Of a stretch of 64,000 bases of DNA, positions 41,791 to 53,058 are shown in pieces. The position numbers and the translations under genes were made by a program. Origin of the DNA: Prochlorococcus sp. AG-679-M23. GTDB lineage: Bacteria > Cyanobacteriota > Cyanobacteriia > PCC-6307 > Cyanobiaceae. The notes under the pieces are model-generated. The model was not told the origin of the DNA. It made no database searches and saw only the letters and a program-made list of their open reading frames with translations. The DNA lies in contig QCUR01000003.1 in the NCBI GenBank assembly GCA_003208875.1, forward strand, positions 96,001-160,000. The letters run 5' to 3'. Position 1 is the first letter of the stretch, and the number at the start of each line of letters is the position of its first letter.

Positions 41791-42852
41791 ATGCTTAATT
41801 TAATAAAGAAGAATTTAAATATAAAAAGTGGAATTGCATTAATTGTTTTAGCAGCTTTTTTTGTCTTTTTAAGTAATTCTTTTAAGAAAAACAAATCAAA
41901 AGACATATCCAACTTTGTAGTTTCCGTTGAAAAGGGAATTCTTTCTGAATCAATTAACACTACTGGAGAAGTAAAGGCTACTAGAACAAGCAATATTGGT
42001 CCAAGAAAGCAAGGAATACTAGAAGAAATTAAAGTAGAAGAAGGTGATCTCGTAGAAAAGGGCCAAATTTTGGCTACTCTCGATGATGAAGATTTCATCT
42101 ATAAGCTTGAAGAACTTGAATTAAATTTAAAAAAACAAAAATCTGAATATTTAAGAAGAGAATTTTTATTCAAAGAAGGAGCAGTTAGTAAAGAGGATTA
42201 TGAAAGCTATAAAAACAAGTACAACACAAGCGAAGCAAAATTTAGTGATGCAAAAGCTGAAAAAGATTTTTATTCTATAAAAGCTCCATACCCAGGGAAA
42301 ATAACAGCTAAATATGCAGAGATAGGTTCGTACGTTACACCTAGTTCAAATTTAAGTTCGGACTCTAAAGCTAAAAACTTTATTTTTGAATTATCAGAAG
42401 GTCTTGAAATTATTGCCAAAGTTCCAGAGAGTGATATAGGAAGGATAAAAACAGGTCAAGAAGCCTCTGTAAGGATAGAAGCTTATCCCTCAAATAAATA
42501 CAGAGCAATAGTTAAAAAAATAGCCGAAAGGGCAGTAAAAGATAATAATGTAACTTCATTCGAAGTAACCTTGAAATTCAAAGAAATCTCTGAGGAAATA
42601 AAAATTGGTATGACCGCTGACCTTGAATTTAAAGTTAAAAGTAGTGAAGAAAAAATCTTAGTTCCGACAGTTTCGATTGTCACCGAAAAAGGTGAAAAAG
42701 GTGTCTTAAAAGTAGATAAAAATAATGCTCCTAAATTTGAAAAGATAGAAATAGGTATTAGTAGCGGCAATAAAACTTCAATAATTGATGGTTTAAAACC
42801 AGGAGAACAAATTTTTATTGATATTCCACCTTGGGCTAATAAAAGAAAATGA
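41791..42852 (+). CDS. Efflux transporter periplasmic adaptor (HlyD/MFP family)
   Basis: Lipoyl-like V.EGD.V.KGQ.LA motif, coiled-coil, N-terminal anchor. Confidence 0.9.
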   Translation: MLNLIKKNLNIKSGIALIVLAAFFVFLSNSFKKNKSKDISNFVVSVEKGILSESINTTGEVKATRTSNIGPRKQGILEEIKVEEGDLVEKGQILATLDDEDFIYKLEELELNLKKQKSEYLRREFLFKEGAVSKEDYESYKNKYNTSEAKFSDAKAEKDFYSIKAPYPGKITAKYAEIGSYVTPSSNLSSDSKAKNFIFELSEGLEIIAKVPESDIGRIKTGQEASVRIEAYPSNKYRAIVKKIAERAVKDNNVTSFEVTLKFKEISEEIKIGMTADLEFKVKSSEEKILVPTVSIVTEKGEKGVLKVDKNNAPKFEKIEIGISSGNKTSIIDGLKPGEQIFIDIPPWANKRK

Positions 42853-45779
42853 GTTTGAAATCTAAAGACTCAAAAAAACCAATTTTACTTTTAGTTGATG
42901 GCCATTCTTTAGCCTTCAGAAGCTTCTATGCATTTAGCAAAGGGGTTGATGGGGGATTAACAACTAAAGAAGGTTTTCCAACTAGTGTCACCTATGGATT
43001 TTTAAAGAGTCTTCTAGATAATTGCAAAAATATTAATGCTGAAGGCGTTTGTATTACCTTTGATACAGAAAAACCAACTTTTAGACATGAATTAGATCCA
43101 AACTATAAAGCTAATAGAGATGTGGCTCCAGATGTTTTTTTTCAAGATATTGAACAACTAGAAATCATCTTGAAAGAAAGTCTTAATTTACCTATTTTCA
43201 AATCACCAGGATTCGAAGCTGATGATCTATTAGGAACAATTGCTAATGATGCATCCTCAAAAGGTTGGTGTGTAAATATTCTTTCTGGGGATCGAGATTT
43301 ATTTCAACTAGTTGATGATCAAAAAGATATTTATGTTCTCTATATGGGGGGAGGTCCTTATGCTAAAAGTGGCAATCCGACTTTAATGAATGAAAATGGA
43401 GTCAAAGAAAAACTAGGAGTTTATCCAGAAAGAGTTGTAGATCTGAAGGCCTTAACTGGTGACAGTTCTGATAATATCCCAGGTATTAAAGGTGTAGGAC
43501 CAAAAACAGCAATTAATTTATTAAAAGAGAATGATACCTTAGACGGGATTTATAAAGCCTTGGACATTATTCAAAAAGATGAAAATAAAAAATATCAGGG
43601 TTTTATAAAAGGAGCCGTTAAGGAAAAGTTAAAAAATGATAAATTCAATGCTTATCTTTCAAGAGATTTAGCAAAGATCGATGTTGAAGTACCTCTGGTC
43701 TTAAGTAATGGATATGAATTAAATCAAATAAACCAAGCTGCTCTATCAGAATCTCTTCAAAAACTTGAATTATCAACTTTACTGAGGCAAGTTGATATTT
43801 TTAATTCAGCATTTAGTAAAGGCGGTTTTAATAAAAATAATGAGGAAAAACAAAAAGAAAAAGAATCAAAAGTTTCAGCTGCAACAGATTTAGAAGAAAC
43901 AGAACATGAAATCCCAAAAATCAAAGTAACTATAGTTAATGATTTTAAATTACTAGATCAACTAGTTAAAAAATTAGAGATTACGAAGGAGATAGTTGCG
44001 TTAGATACTGAGACAAATAGTTTAAATCCCCTAGAGGCAGAACTTGTAGGTATAGGTTTTTGTCTTGGTGAAGATCTTAATGATTTATTTTATATACCCA
44101 TTGCTCATCAATCACAAAAAAATGAGTTAAATCAATTATCAATTGAAGATATATTTTCTAATTTAAGATCATGGATAGAAAATCCAGAAAAAGAAAAAAC
44201 ACTTCAAAATTGTAAGTTTGATAGACAAATATTTTATAACCATGGGCTAAATCTTAGAGGAGTTATTTTTGATACCCTGTTAGCAGATTACATTCTCAAT
44301 AATCAGGAAAAACATGGATTAAGTGAAATTAGTTTTAGAGAATTTGGATTTAAGCCCCCAACTTTTAAAGAAACAGTTGGAAAAAATAAAGATTTTTCAT
44401 TTGTCGACATTAATGATGCAAGTATTTATTGTGGTTATGATGTATTTCTAACTTACAAAATCGCGAAAATTTTTAAAGAACGATTTAATAATGAAAATAA
44501 GGATTTAACAAAATTATTTAAAGAAATCGAATTACCTTTAGAGCCAGTCTTATCAGAAATGGAGATGAATGGTATCAGAATAGATACCACTTATTTAAAT
44601 GAACTTTCTGGAGAATTAAAAAGTACATTAGAAAATATTGAGGAAAATGTTTTTGAAATAGCAAAGCAAGAATTTAATTTATCCTCTCCAAAACAACTTG
44701 GTGAAATATTGTTTGAGAAGTTAAATCTTGATAAAAAAAAATCAAGGAAAACAAAAACAGGTTGGAGTACTGATGCAGTTGTTCTTGAAAGATTAGTAGA
44801 AGAACATGAGATAATTCCCTATCTAATAAAACATAGAACTCTTAGTAAACTTTTAAGTACATACATTGATGCTCTTCCCAATCTTATTAGTGAAAAAACT
44901 GGAAGAGTTCATACTAACTTTAATCAAGCAGCTACCGCCACTGGGAGATTAAGCAGTAGTAATCCTAACCTTCAGAATATCCCTGTCAGAACAGAATTCA
45001 GTAGAAGAATTAGAAAAGCCTTCTTGCCAGAAAAAGGTTGGAAATTACTATCGGCAGATTATTCTCAAATTGAATTAAGAATACTTGCTCACTTAGCTAA
45101 CGAAGAAATTCTTATAAATGCATTCCACAAAAATGATGATATTCACTCTTTAACAGCACGATTGATTTTTGAAAAGGAAGGTATAAATTCTGACGAACGA
45201 AGAGTTGGTAAAACCATTAATTTTGGAGTTATTTATGGAATGGGAATAAAAAAGTTTGCACGCTCTACAGGGGTAAGTACGACTGAAGCAAAAGAATTTT
45301 TGATTAAATATAAAAAAAGGTATGCCAAAATTTTTAAATTTCTAGAACTTCAAGAAAGGCTTGCTCTCTCGAAAGGTTATGTAGAGACAATTTTTGGAAG
45401 AAAGAGAGAATTTAAATTTGATAAAAATGGACTTGGTAGATTAATAGGAAAAGATCCGTATGAAATAGATTTGCAAACTGCCAGGAAAGCTGGGATGGAG
45501 GCTCAGTCATTAAGAGCCGCAGCAAATGCTCCTATACAGGGTTCTAGTGCTGACATTATTAAAATAGCTATGGTTCAATTGAACAAAAAATTATTAGAGA
45601 TGAATATTCCAGTTAAAATGCTTTTACAAGTTCATGATGAATTATTGTTCGAGGTCCAACCAGATTTCTTAGAAATCACAAAGCAACTAGTGAAAGAAAC
45701 TATGGAAGATTGTGTGAAATTAAAGGTACCGCTTCTAGTCGATATCGGAGTTGGAAATAACTGGATGGAAACCAAATAA
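42849..45779 (+). CDS. polA: DNA polymerase I
   Basis: 5'-3' exonuclease domain, TGRLSSSNPNLQNIP, ADYSQIELR, QVHDEL. Confidence 0.98.
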   Translation: MSLKSKDSKKPILLLVDGHSLAFRSFYAFSKGVDGGLTTKEGFPTSVTYGFLKSLLDNCKNINAEGVCITFDTEKPTFRHELDPNYKANRDVAPDVFFQDIEQLEIILKESLNLPIFKSPGFEADDLLGTIANDASSKGWCVNILSGDRDLFQLVDDQKDIYVLYMGGGPYAKSGNPTLMNENGVKEKLGVYPERVVDLKALTGDSSDNIPGIKGVGPKTAINLLKENDTLDGIYKALDIIQKDENKKYQGFIKGAVKEKLKNDKFNAYLSRDLAKIDVEVPLVLSNGYELNQINQAALSESLQKLELSTLLRQVDIFNSAFSKGGFNKNNEEKQKEKESKVSAATDLEETEHEIPKIKVTIVNDFKLLDQLVKKLEITKEIVALDTETNSLNPLEAELVGIGFCLGEDLNDLFYIPIAHQSQKNELNQLSIEDIFSNLRSWIENPEKEKTLQNCKFDRQIFYNHGLNLRGVIFDTLLADYILNNQEKHGLSEISFREFGFKPPTFKETVGKNKDFSFVDINDASIYCGYDVFLTYKIAKIFKERFNNENKDLTKLFKEIELPLEPVLSEMEMNGIRIDTTYLNELSGELKSTLENIEENVFEIAKQEFNLSSPKQLGEILFEKLNLDKKKSRKTKTGWSTDAVVLERLVEEHEIIPYLIKHRTLSKLLSTYIDALPNLISEKTGRVHTNFNQAATATGRLSSSNPNLQNIPVRTEFSRRIRKAFLPEKGWKLLSADYSQIELRILAHLANEEILINAFHKNDDIHSLTARLIFEKEGINSDERRVGKTINFGVIYGMGIKKFARSTGVSTTEAKEFLIKYKKRYAKIFKFLELQERLALSKGYVETIFGRKREFKFDKNGLGRLIGKDPYEIDLQTARKAGMEAQSLRAAANAPIQGSSADIIKIAMVQLNKKLLEMNIPVKMLLQVHDELLFEVQPDFLEITKQLVKETMEDCVKLKVPLLVDIGVGNNWMETK

Positions 45780-45803
45780 TCTTCCAATAAAAACTTTTTT
45801 AAT

Positions 45804-47282
45804 ATGATCAAATTATTTAATACTTTAAGTAAAAACGTTGAAGTCTTTAAACCAATAGATGAAGTAGTAAAAATATATTGTTGTGGCGTAACTGTTTATG
45901 ATTTATGTCATCTTGGGCATGCAAGAAGTTATATAGCTTGGGATGTTCTTAGAAGGTTTTTAATTTACAGAAATTATAAAGTTAAGTTTGTCCAGAATTT
46001 TACTGATATCGACGATAAGATTTTAAAAATAGCAAGAGAAGAAAATTGTTCAATGCAGGAAGTTTCTCAAAAAAACATCATTGAATTTCATAAAGATATG
46101 GATTCATTGGGGATTATGAGACCAGACAGCATGCCTACTGCGACCAACTCTATTTTAAGCATCGTTGAGTTAATTAAAATTTTAGAGAGTAAAGGATATG
46201 CATATTCTGTTGACGGAGATGTTTATTATTCAGTACTTAAAAATAAAAATTATGGGCAACTAAGTAATCAAAATATTCAAGAACAAAATGTTAATCAACA
46301 GGGAAGAATTTCTGTGACGGAAAAAAGCAAAAAAGAGGCTCCTCAAGATTTCGCTCTATGGAAAAATGCAAAAGCTAATGAACCATCTTTTAATTCTCCA
46401 TGGGGTCAAGGAAGGCCTGGATGGCATATTGAATGTTCAGCAATGGTAAAAGATGAATTAGGAGAAACAATTGATATCCATTTAGGTGGATCTGATCTTA
46501 TCTTTCCTCACCATGAAAATGAGATTGCACAATCTGAATCGGCAAATAATAAAAAACTGGCAAATTATTGGCTACATAACGGAATGGTCAATGTAAACGG
46601 ACAAAAGATGAGTAAATCATTGAAAAACTTCACCACAATAAGAGACTTATTAGAATCAGGAACAAGTCCAATGGCTTTAAGATATTTTGTTTTAACCGTA
46701 AACTATAGAAAGCCACTCGATTTTACCGATGAGGCTTTGAAAAGTGCCTCCGAAGCATGGAAAAATATTAATGTTGCTCTTTCTTTTTTTGATATTACTA
46801 AAAAAGAAAATCTATCGATTGAGGTAAAGGAAACTAATGAATTTGTTGAAGAAACATATAAAGATATGATCAATTATGAAATATCTCAAAAAAAGATAAA
46901 GTTTACTAATGCTTTAAATAACGACCTTAATACAGCAGGAGCAATTGCAATCATTTATGAATTAGCCAAACCACTAAAAAACTTTATAAATCAATTCCAA
47001 AGAATTAAAAACCTTGAAATAAATACTAATGAAAAATTTCATCTTAGAGAAACTTTTAAAACACTAGAAGAACTGACTGATGTTCTTGGATTAAAAAAAG
47101 AAGAAATAATAATCGACAACAGAATCAACGAAGATCAAATACTATCCCTCATTAATAAAAGATTGGTAGCAAAAAAGGAAAAAGATTATGCAGAAGCCGA
47201 CAAAATAAGAAATTCATTAAAGGAAAAAGGCGTAGAACTCATAGATCAATCCCCTGAGCTTACAACATGGGTAAGGATCTAA
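45804..47282 (+). CDS. cysS: Cysteine--tRNA ligase
   Basis: HLGH, GWHIECS, KMSKS. Confidence 0.98.
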   Translation: MIKLFNTLSKNVEVFKPIDEVVKIYCCGVTVYDLCHLGHARSYIAWDVLRRFLIYRNYKVKFVQNFTDIDDKILKIAREENCSMQEVSQKNIIEFHKDMDSLGIMRPDSMPTATNSILSIVELIKILESKGYAYSVDGDVYYSVLKNKNYGQLSNQNIQEQNVNQQGRISVTEKSKKEAPQDFALWKNAKANEPSFNSPWGQGRPGWHIECSAMVKDELGETIDIHLGGSDLIFPHHENEIAQSESANNKKLANYWLHNGMVNVNGQKMSKSLKNFTTIRDLLESGTSPMALRYFVLTVNYRKPLDFTDEALKSASEAWKNINVALSFFDITKKENLSIEVKETNEFVEETYKDMINYEISQKKIKFTNALNNDLNTAGAIAIIYELAKPLKNFINQFQRIKNLEINTNEKFHLRETFKTLEELTDVLGLKKEEIIIDNRINEDQILSLINKRLVAKKEKDYAEADKIRNSLKEKGVELIDQSPELTTWVRI

Positions 47283-47364
47283 ATTTTAAGAAAAAACCCA
47301 ATTTAAATTTTTTATTTTTTAAATTCACCTTTAAGTGGGAAAATATTATAAATATTAGAGAAAA

Positions 47365-48594
47365 TTGAAATACATTACTGTGCTGGGTTCAACAGGTTCA
47401 ATTGGGACTCAAACTCTCGAAATAGTTAGTGAACTTCCTGATAAATTCAAAGTAGTGGCTCTTTCAGCAGGGAGAAATATAGACTTATTAACGGAGCAAG
47501 TTAGTCAACATAAACCAGAAGTTATTGCTATCGAGGATGAAAATCTTTTAACAGATTTAAAAAATAATATTAACAATTTAGGAATAAGTAATCCTCCTAT
47601 AGTTTTAGGTGGTCGAGAGGCGATTAATTCAGTGGCAGCATGGGATTCTGCCGATACTGTAATTACTGGAATAGTAGGATGTGCTGGACTTATTCCGACG
47701 ATGTCAGCTATTAAGGCTGGTAAAAATATTGCGCTTGCCAATAAAGAAACCTTAATTGCCGCGGGATCTGTTGTTATACCTGCTTTAAAGGAAAGCAAAA
47801 GTAGACTTTTACCTGCGGACTCTGAGCATTCAGCTATCTTTCAATGCATACAAGGATTACCTAATTATGAAAATGCCGATTTTTCAACAGGTCAAATCCC
47901 AAATGGTTTAAAAGCTATTCATTTAACTGCATCAGGAGGTGCTTTTAGAGATTGGGCAGTAGAGGATTTAAAAAATGTCACAGTGGAAGATGCGACTTCC
48001 CATCCAAATTGGAGTATGGGGAGAAAAATAACTGTAGATTCTGCGACTCTTATGAACAAAGGATTAGAGGTTATTGAAGCACATTATCTTTTTGGGACGT
48101 CCTACGAAAATATTGAAATTGTTATACATCCTCAAAGTATTATTCATTCAATGATTGAGATGGAAGATTCTTCTGTCCTAGCTCAATTAGGATGGCCTGA
48201 TATGAAGCTCCCAATTTTATATGCAATGAGTTGGCCAGAAAGATTTAAAACTAATTGGAAAAGATTTAATTTAACTGAGATTGGGCAACTTACATTTAAA
48301 AAACCGGACGAAGTAAAATATCCATGTATGGGACTTGCATATTCAGCAGGAAAATGTTCAGGAACAATGCCTGCAGTACTAAATGCTGCAAATGAAATGG
48401 CAGTAGATCAATTTCTAAAAGAAAAAATTTCTTTTCAAGAAATTCCTATCTTTATAAATAAAACTTGTGAATCACATTTAAATAAAATCAACTTAAATCC
48501 AAAGTTAGAAGATATTCTAGAGGTTGATAATTGGGCGAGGATTTTTGTTCAAGAAGAGATAAAAAAAGGCAAAAAATATATCAACGTAGGTTAA
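47365..48594 (+). CDS. dxr: 1-deoxy-D-xylulose 5-phosphate reductoisomerase
   Basis: [28 protein letters not shown]. Confidence 0.98.
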   Translation: MKYITVLGSTGSIGTQTLEIVSELPDKFKVVALSAGRNIDLLTEQVSQHKPEVIAIEDENLLTDLKNNINNLGISNPPIVLGGREAINSVAAWDSADTVITGIVGCAGLIPTMSAIKAGKNIALANKETLIAAGSVVIPALKESKSRLLPADSEHSAIFQCIQGLPNYENADFSTGQIPNGLKAIHLTASGGAFRDWAVEDLKNVTVEDATSHPNWSMGRKITVDSATLMNKGLEVIEAHYLFGTSYENIEIVIHPQSIIHSMIEMEDSSVLAQLGWPDMKLPILYAMSWPERFKTNWKRFNLTEIGQLTFKKPDEVKYPCMGLAYSAGKCSGTMPAVLNAANEMAVDQFLKEKISFQEIPIFINKTCESHLNKINLNPKLEDILEVDNWARIFVQEEIKKGKKYINVG

Positions 48595-48599
48595 AAAAA

Positions 48600-48929
48600 G
48601 TGAACGTTCAAAAGCACTTATTACTTTGTGCAACGCCTACAAAACAAAAATGTTTTAAAGGCGATGAAGGTAATAAGACTTGGGAATGTCTTAAAAAGAC
48701 TTTAAAAAATTATGAGAATGATTCTTCTTCAAGAAATATACAAATAATGAGATCTAAAGTTGATTGTTTAAGGATATGTAAAAATGGACCAATTCTTCTT
48801 ATTTGGCCTGATGGCATTTGGTATGAAAAAGTTTCTCCAGAAAAAGTATCAGAAATTTTCACCTCTCATGTAATTAATGGTAATCCAATCGAAAAGTGGA
48901 TTTTCAAAAAAACTCCTTTTGAAAAATAA
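48600..48929 (+). CDS. Thioredoxin-like (2Fe-2S) ferredoxin (GTG start)
   Basis: HLLLC...C and CLRICKNGP..IWPDGIWY motifs. Confidence 0.85.
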   Translation: MNVQKHLLLCATPTKQKCFKGDEGNKTWECLKKTLKNYENDSSSRNIQIMRSKVDCLRICKNGPILLIWPDGIWYEKVSPEKVSEIFTSHVINGNPIEKWIFKKTPFEK

Positions 48930-48948
48930 TTTTAAAAATATATATTTC

Positions 48949-50043
48949 TTAAAAACTTAAAAGCCAATTCTTAACTGCTTCATCAGACCAACAACCATTA
49001 TTTGAATGAAAACCATTATGCCCCCCTTTATCAGTTATCAGAATAGTTAATTTATTAAATGATTCATTCAAAGAATTTTTTAAATTTAAAGTAGATTGAT
49101 ATGGAACCCAAGGATCATCCTTAGCGTGGATTAAAAGAGTAGGGGGAAGATTCTTAATTAAATTTTGAATCCTAAAAATAGGTGAAGATTGATAATAATA
49201 ATCCTCTAAAGATTTGAACCCCCAACTAGGTGCAGTGAAATTTGCATCAAATTCTCCTATCGTTTTTAAACCTTTAATTTTTTTACTCAAGCTACTTTTA
49301 GGCAATAAAATCCCTTCATTTTTAAATCCATCCCATAATTGCCTTTTCAAACGTTGCATTAACCATTTTTGATATAAAAAATTTCGAGGCCTTTCTATAC
49401 AATTGCTGCAAGATAATAAATCTAAAGGGCTACTAACGCAAGCCAATCCATCTAATAATTTTCTACTACTATTTTTTGAGCTGTGGTCTAAGCAGGCATT
49501 AAGAAGAATAGTTCCTCCAAGGGATAATCCAACTCCAAATATAGGTAAATCTTCTTTGTTTTTTAAAGAATCTTTTAATTCAGAATTAAGAAGTTGTCTG
49601 AAAAATTTAAGCGCCAAAATAATATCATTCGAACATCTTGCGGAATAATTCCCTTTCGCCAAATATCTGGCTGATCCAGCTCCTCTAAGATTTAATTTAA
49701 GAACTCCAAATCCATTATTAACTAACTTTCTAGCAATTCGTTTTAAACCAAAACGCCTAGTAGATCCTCCTAATCCATGAGTAATAAGAACAATTCCTTT
49801 TAAACAATCTAAGTTCTCTGGGAACTCTAAGAACCCTAAAAGATAATCACCATCAAATTTTTTTGAGAGAATATTATTTATTGGTAAAAGTATTTTTTTA
49901 TTTGTTTTAGCTTGGAGAAGATCAAAAATAAATGTATCTCTTAAAGTTTGAAGGTCCCCTCCAATCCAAGGGAAAGCCTGTTTAAAAGGTCTTTTGTTTA
50001 TATAATCTGAGAACTTAAATGAGAGATTACTATTTATCGCCAA
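48949..50043 (-). CDS. YheT-like alpha/beta hydrolase
   Basis: HGLGGS, GLSLGG, AKDDPWVP, GGHNGF. Confidence 0.88.
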   Translation of the reverse strand: MAINSNLSFKFSDYINKRPFKQAFPWIGGDLQTLRDTFIFDLLQAKTNKKILLPINNILSKKFDGDYLLGFLEFPENLDCLKGIVLITHGLGGSTRRFGLKRIARKLVNNGFGVLKLNLRGAGSARYLAKGNYSARCSNDIILALKFFRQLLNSELKDSLKNKEDLPIFGVGLSLGGTILLNACLDHSSKNSSRKLLDGLACVSSPLDLLSCSNCIERPRNFLYQKWLMQRLKRQLWDGFKNEGILLPKSSLSKKIKGLKTIGEFDANFTAPSWGFKSLEDYYYQSSPIFRIQNLIKNLPPTLLIHAKDDPWVPYQSTLNLKNSLNESFNKLTILITDKGGHNGFHSNNGCWSDEAVKNWLLSF

Positions 50044-51466
50044 CTCCTAGATCCTTTAATTCTCCAATTAACTCACTTAAAACTTTCTTGGCATCACCAA
50101 AAACCATAGAGGTATTTGGCAAGTCAAACAAATCATTTTTTATACCCGAATAACCAGCGCTCATTCCTCTTTTTATTACAAAGACTGTTCTTGCTTCCTG
50201 GACATCAAGAACAGGCATTCCGTATAAAGGAGAACTCTTGTCATTTTTTGCTTGAGGATTAACAACATCATTTGCGCCTAAGACCAAAACAACATCTGTT
50301 GCTGGGAATTCAGGATTAACAACATCCATTTCTTTGAGTTGTTCATAAGGAACATCTGCTTCTGCCAAAAGAACATTCATATGGCCTGGCATTCTTCCTG
50401 CTACAGGATGAATCGCATATACAACTTCAATACCATTTTGTTCTAGTTTTTTTGTTACTTCTCTCAAAGTATGTTGTGCTTGAGCCACAGCAAGACCATA
50501 TCCGGGAACAACGATCACTCTATTTGCTGCCTCTAATGTTAATGCACATTCTTCAACACTACAGGAAGTTATATTTGTATATTCCCCTGATCCAGAAGAT
50601 GTAGTAGTTTGTGCAGATAAAGAGCCTCCAAAAAGGACAGAAATCAGAGATCTGTTCATTCCTTTGCACATTACCTGAGTTAATATCAAGCCTGCTGCTC
50701 CCACCATTGCTCCAGCTACAATTAAAAGCTGACTGTCTACTACAAAACCTGCAGCTGCAGCTGCGATACCTGAATAGCTATTTAAAAGAGATATAACAAC
50801 CGGCATATCTGCACCACCAATTGGCAAAGTTACCCCAATTCCTAAAAGAGTAGAGGCTATAACTAAAAGCCAAATCGAACTAACATTACCGCTTATTAGG
50901 TATATGAAAGATATCAATGAAGTTACTCCAAAAACAATGTTTACAAAATGTCTAGCTTTAACCTGAGTCCATCCAGGGGTGGACAGCCAACCTTGTAATT
51001 TAGCCATTGCCACGATTGAACCTGAAAAAGTAATCGCACCAACAAATATTGAAACTGAAATTGAAGCATCATTAATAAAAGGTTCTAAAGATCCTGCTTT
51101 CGCTACTTCATTAAAAGGGAATAAAAATGCACCAATAGCTACCAATAGAGAAGACATTCCGCCAAAACCATTGAACAAAGCTACAGTCTCTGGCATTGAT
51201 GTCATTGGAACCTTCTTAGCAAGTAAAGTTCCTAACAAACTTCCCACTAAGGATCCAACAATGATCCATGCCCATGATTGAGATGGGATTCCAGAAGTAC
51301 CTAGATAGTAGGAGAGTAAACCTACAACAGAAAGCAACATAGCAAATGCTGCTAATATATTTGCTTCTCTAGCAGACCTAACTTTTGATAACCCTTTTAT
51401 ACCAAGTGCTAATAAAAGAACTGCTAGAAGATCTATAACGAATTTAATAATATCAGGAAGATTCAT
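50030..51466 (-). CDS. pntB: NAD(P) transhydrogenase beta subunit
   Basis: IGGADMPVV, HPVAGRMPGHMNV. Confidence 0.97.
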   Translation of the reverse strand: MNLPDIIKFVIDLLAVLLLALGIKGLSKVRSAREANILAAFAMLLSVVGLLSYYLGTSGIPSQSWAWIIVGSLVGSLLGTLLAKKVPMTSMPETVALFNGFGGMSSLLVAIGAFLFPFNEVAKAGSLEPFINDASISVSIFVGAITFSGSIVAMAKLQGWLSTPGWTQVKARHFVNIVFGVTSLISFIYLISGNVSSIWLLVIASTLLGIGVTLPIGGADMPVVISLLNSYSGIAAAAAGFVVDSQLLIVAGAMVGAAGLILTQVMCKGMNRSLISVLFGGSLSAQTTTSSGSGEYTNITSCSVEECALTLEAANRVIVVPGYGLAVAQAQHTLREVTKKLEQNGIEVVYAIHPVAGRMPGHMNVLLAEADVPYEQLKEMDVVNPEFPATDVVLVLGANDVVNPQAKNDKSSPLYGMPVLDVQEARTVFVIKRGMSAGYSGIKNDLFDLPNTSMVFGDAKKVLSELIGELKDLGVGDK

Positions 51467-51483
51467 TTTATGTAATTAATTGA

Positions 51484-51780
51484 TTATTTATTTTTTTTTG
51501 TAGGTTTACGACTAAACATTGCAAGCATTCTGTCCGTTACAAAAAACCCACCTACAACGTTAAAAAGGGCAAATCCAAGAGATATTGATCCGATTATTAA
51601 TAATGGACTATTTGGCTCTGCTTTTATAATTGCAGTTAATGCTGCCAACATTGTTATACCTGAGATGGCATTTGCCCCACTCATTAAAGGTGTATGAAGT
51701 GTTGGAGGTACTTTTCCTATTAACTCCAGACCTAATAAACTTCCAAGCAATAAAACCCAGAGCAAGCTATCAAAATTCAT
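51484..51780 (-). CDS. pntA: NAD(P) transhydrogenase alpha subunit, membrane part
   Basis: LHTPLMSGANAISG, VTDRML.MF. Confidence 0.95.
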   Translation of the reverse strand: MNFDSLLWVLLLGSLLGLELIGKVPPTLHTPLMSGANAISGITMLAALTAIIKAEPNSPLLIIGSISLGFALFNVVGGFFVTDRMLAMFSRKPTKKNK

Positions 51781-51795
51781 AATTTAATTAAGACC

Positions 51796-52926
51796 TCAAT
51801 TTTCAAAAACTTTATTTTGAAGGATAACTCCTTCATTACTTAATAAACAGCCAGAGATTAATTCATCCTCTTTATCTAGATTAATTACACCATCTTTTAT
51901 GAAAGGTGTAATCAAAGATGTGAGGTTCTTAGCATAAAGTGTACTTGCATCATAAGGAACAGATGATGGTAACTCGCCAGCTCCTATTAGCTTTACGCCA
52001 TTCCTAATAATAGTTTCATTAGATTTTGTTCCTTCGCAATTACCTCCTTGAGATACGGCCAAATCAATAACTACTGCTCCAGGTCGCATCTTTTCAATCA
52101 TATTAGAATCGATTAAAACAGGAGCTTTTTTACCTAAGACTTGTGCAGTACAAACAGCAACATCAGCTTCGGATAAATATTTAGTTAACGTAGCCTTTTG
52201 TTTAGAAAGGAATTCAGGCGTAACTGCTTTTGCATAACCACCTGATTCGCCTGGTTTTTCGTCAATTTCAGGAAGTTCTATAAATCTTGCTCCAAGAGAT
52301 TCAACTTGCTCTTTTACAGCTGGCCTAATATCTGAAACGAAAACAATAGCTCCAAGTCTTTTTGCAGTAGCAACTGCCTGCAATCCTGCAACCCCTCCAC
52401 CAAGAACAACAACTTTCGCAGGCTGTACAGTTCCTGCTGCAGTCATAAGCATCGGAAAATATCTATCAAGTTCACTTGCTGCTAAAAGAACTGCTTTATA
52501 TCCTGCGATATTGGCTTGAGAAGAAAGTACATCCGATGATTGAGCTCTACTAATCCTTGGAAGTAATTCCATTGATAAAGCTGAGATCTTTTGACTAGTT
52601 ATAGTTTTTTGAAGTTTTTCATTAGCATATGGATTTAAAAGGCCTACTAGAATAGCACCTTTTTTTAACTTGCTTAAATTAGATTCAGAAGGAGGTTGAA
52701 CACAAAAAACAACATCGACATTTTCCCAAATATTTATATTAGATTCACTAACAATTTCACCTCCAGATTCTTTGTATAAAGTGTTGTTAAACCCTGATAG
52801 TTCTCCAGCTGAACTTTCTACAAAAACTTCGCATCCAAGACCCTTTAATTTTTTTACAGCTGAGGGAGTAGCTGAAACTCTTCTCTCTCCAGAGGCTGTT
52901 TCAATAGGAATGAGTATCTTTGTCAA
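51796..52926 (-). CDS. pntA: NAD(P) transhydrogenase alpha subunit, domain I
   Basis: ERRV, RISRAQ, GGGVAGL. Confidence 0.95.
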   Translation of the reverse strand: MTKILIPIETASGERRVSATPSAVKKLKGLGCEVFVESSAGELSGFNNTLYKESGGEIVSESNINIWENVDVVFCVQPPSESNLSKLKKGAILVGLLNPYANEKLQKTITSQKISALSMELLPRISRAQSSDVLSSQANIAGYKAVLLAASELDRYFPMLMTAAGTVQPAKVVVLGGGVAGLQAVATAKRLGAIVFVSDIRPAVKEQVESLGARFIELPEIDEKPGESGGYAKAVTPEFLSKQKATLTKYLSEADVAVCTAQVLGKKAPVLIDSNMIEKMRPGAVVIDLAVSQGGNCEGTKSNETIIRNGVKLIGAGELPSSVPYDASTLYAKNLTSLITPFIKDGVINLDKEDELISGCLLSNEGVILQNKVFEN

Positions 52927-53058
52927 TTTATAGTTGTTTTAAACATACTAAAGATAAATTGAATAAAGTCAAAAGTCTTGGAGTTTGAGTTTTGTTAAAA
53001 ATATATTTTCTTTTCTTTAAATCATGGCTATGAAAATTATATAAGTATTAAAAATCTA